From an uncultured Gammaproteobacteria bacterium (GTDB lineage: Bacteria > Patescibacteriota > Microgenomatia > PFEM01 > CAYPPS01), in assembly GCA_964412685.1 (NCBI GenBank), contig CAYPPS010000001.1, positions 11,835-65,649 on the forward strand: DNA of 53,815 nt, in the 5' to 3' direction. A model generated the notes under the pieces. It was not told where the DNA came from and did no database searches. It saw nothing but the letters and a program-made list of their open reading frames with translations. Below, in pieces: positions 53,741 to 53,815 of this stretch (position 1 is its first letter; each line of letters opens with the position of its first letter). The position numbers were made by a program, and so were the translations under genes.

Positions 53741-53815
53741 ATGCGTAAAGTGGCCATGAGTTTTTCTCGGCCTTTTGAGGGAGACGAACCCCTAGCTCAC
53801 ATTGGGTTTAAACTG
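53741..53815 (+). CDS. 5' end of an ORF running off the window (MRKVAMSFSRPFEGDEPLAHIGFKL...)
   Basis: The ATG has AGGAGA 8 nt upstream and the frame stays open to the window edge. Function unknown. Confidence 0.4.
   Translation, partial: MRKVAMSFSRPFEGDEPLAHIGFKL

Noticed and set aside
1-53815. Whether the genome uses an alternative genetic code such as UGA recoding
   Set aside because: Long, motif-complete ORFs close with TAA, TAG and TGA under the standard code, and no conserved protein is interrupted by an in-frame stop.

Overview
This is a gene-dense segment of bacterial chromosome, roughly 40% GC by eye, with no rRNA, CRISPR array or transposase. By inference the gene content resembles a reduced Patescibacteria/CPR-type genome. 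Supporting features are a short archaeal-type TIM, an ATP-dependent DNA ligase, a stand-alone 5'-nuclease, tandem PBP1A genes, a DUF5667-like protein, a VirD4-like ATPase and many ATGA start/stop overlaps.

Gene order, start to end:
- Fe-S assembly operon (Rrf2, cysteine desulfurase, GNAT, IscU).
- Glycolysis and nucleoside-sugar cluster (tpi, LOG-like, pgk, gap, deoC, fba, PfkB kinase).
- Cell-wall genes (beta-lactamase-like protein, two PBP1A) and a CPBP protease.
- Class II ribonucleotide reductase split by a 393-aa LAGLIDADG intein.
- VirD4-like ATPase, tRNA-Ile(UAU), tyrosine recombinase, ftsB-like gene.
- tRNA cluster (CAU, CAU, Trp), followed by three single-gene modules bounded by direct repeats of the tRNA-Trp 3' end.
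- trpS, ftsH, DNA repair and maintenance genes (5'-nuclease, mutM, recF, Fic, ligase).
- ORFan cluster, then a Ca2+ P-type ATPase and a CaCA exchanger.
- pth, an MFS transporter, an ATP-cone::Mrr nuclease fusion, an SDR and a PRTase.
- A compositionally odd orphan BMP lipoprotein behind a structured 400-bp leader.
- Thioredoxin/ferredoxin cluster.
- A 7TM protein, an ATP-grasp::retropepsin fusion and a RimK-like ligase.

The most interesting items are the ATP-grasp/retropepsin module, the tRNA-Trp repeat-bounded cassette-like array, the ATP-cone-Mrr fusion, the ORFan cluster and a recurrent extended -10 promoter placed 6-8 nt from ATG, which suggests leaderless mRNAs. All family assignments rest on motifs read by eye. 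No database search was run.
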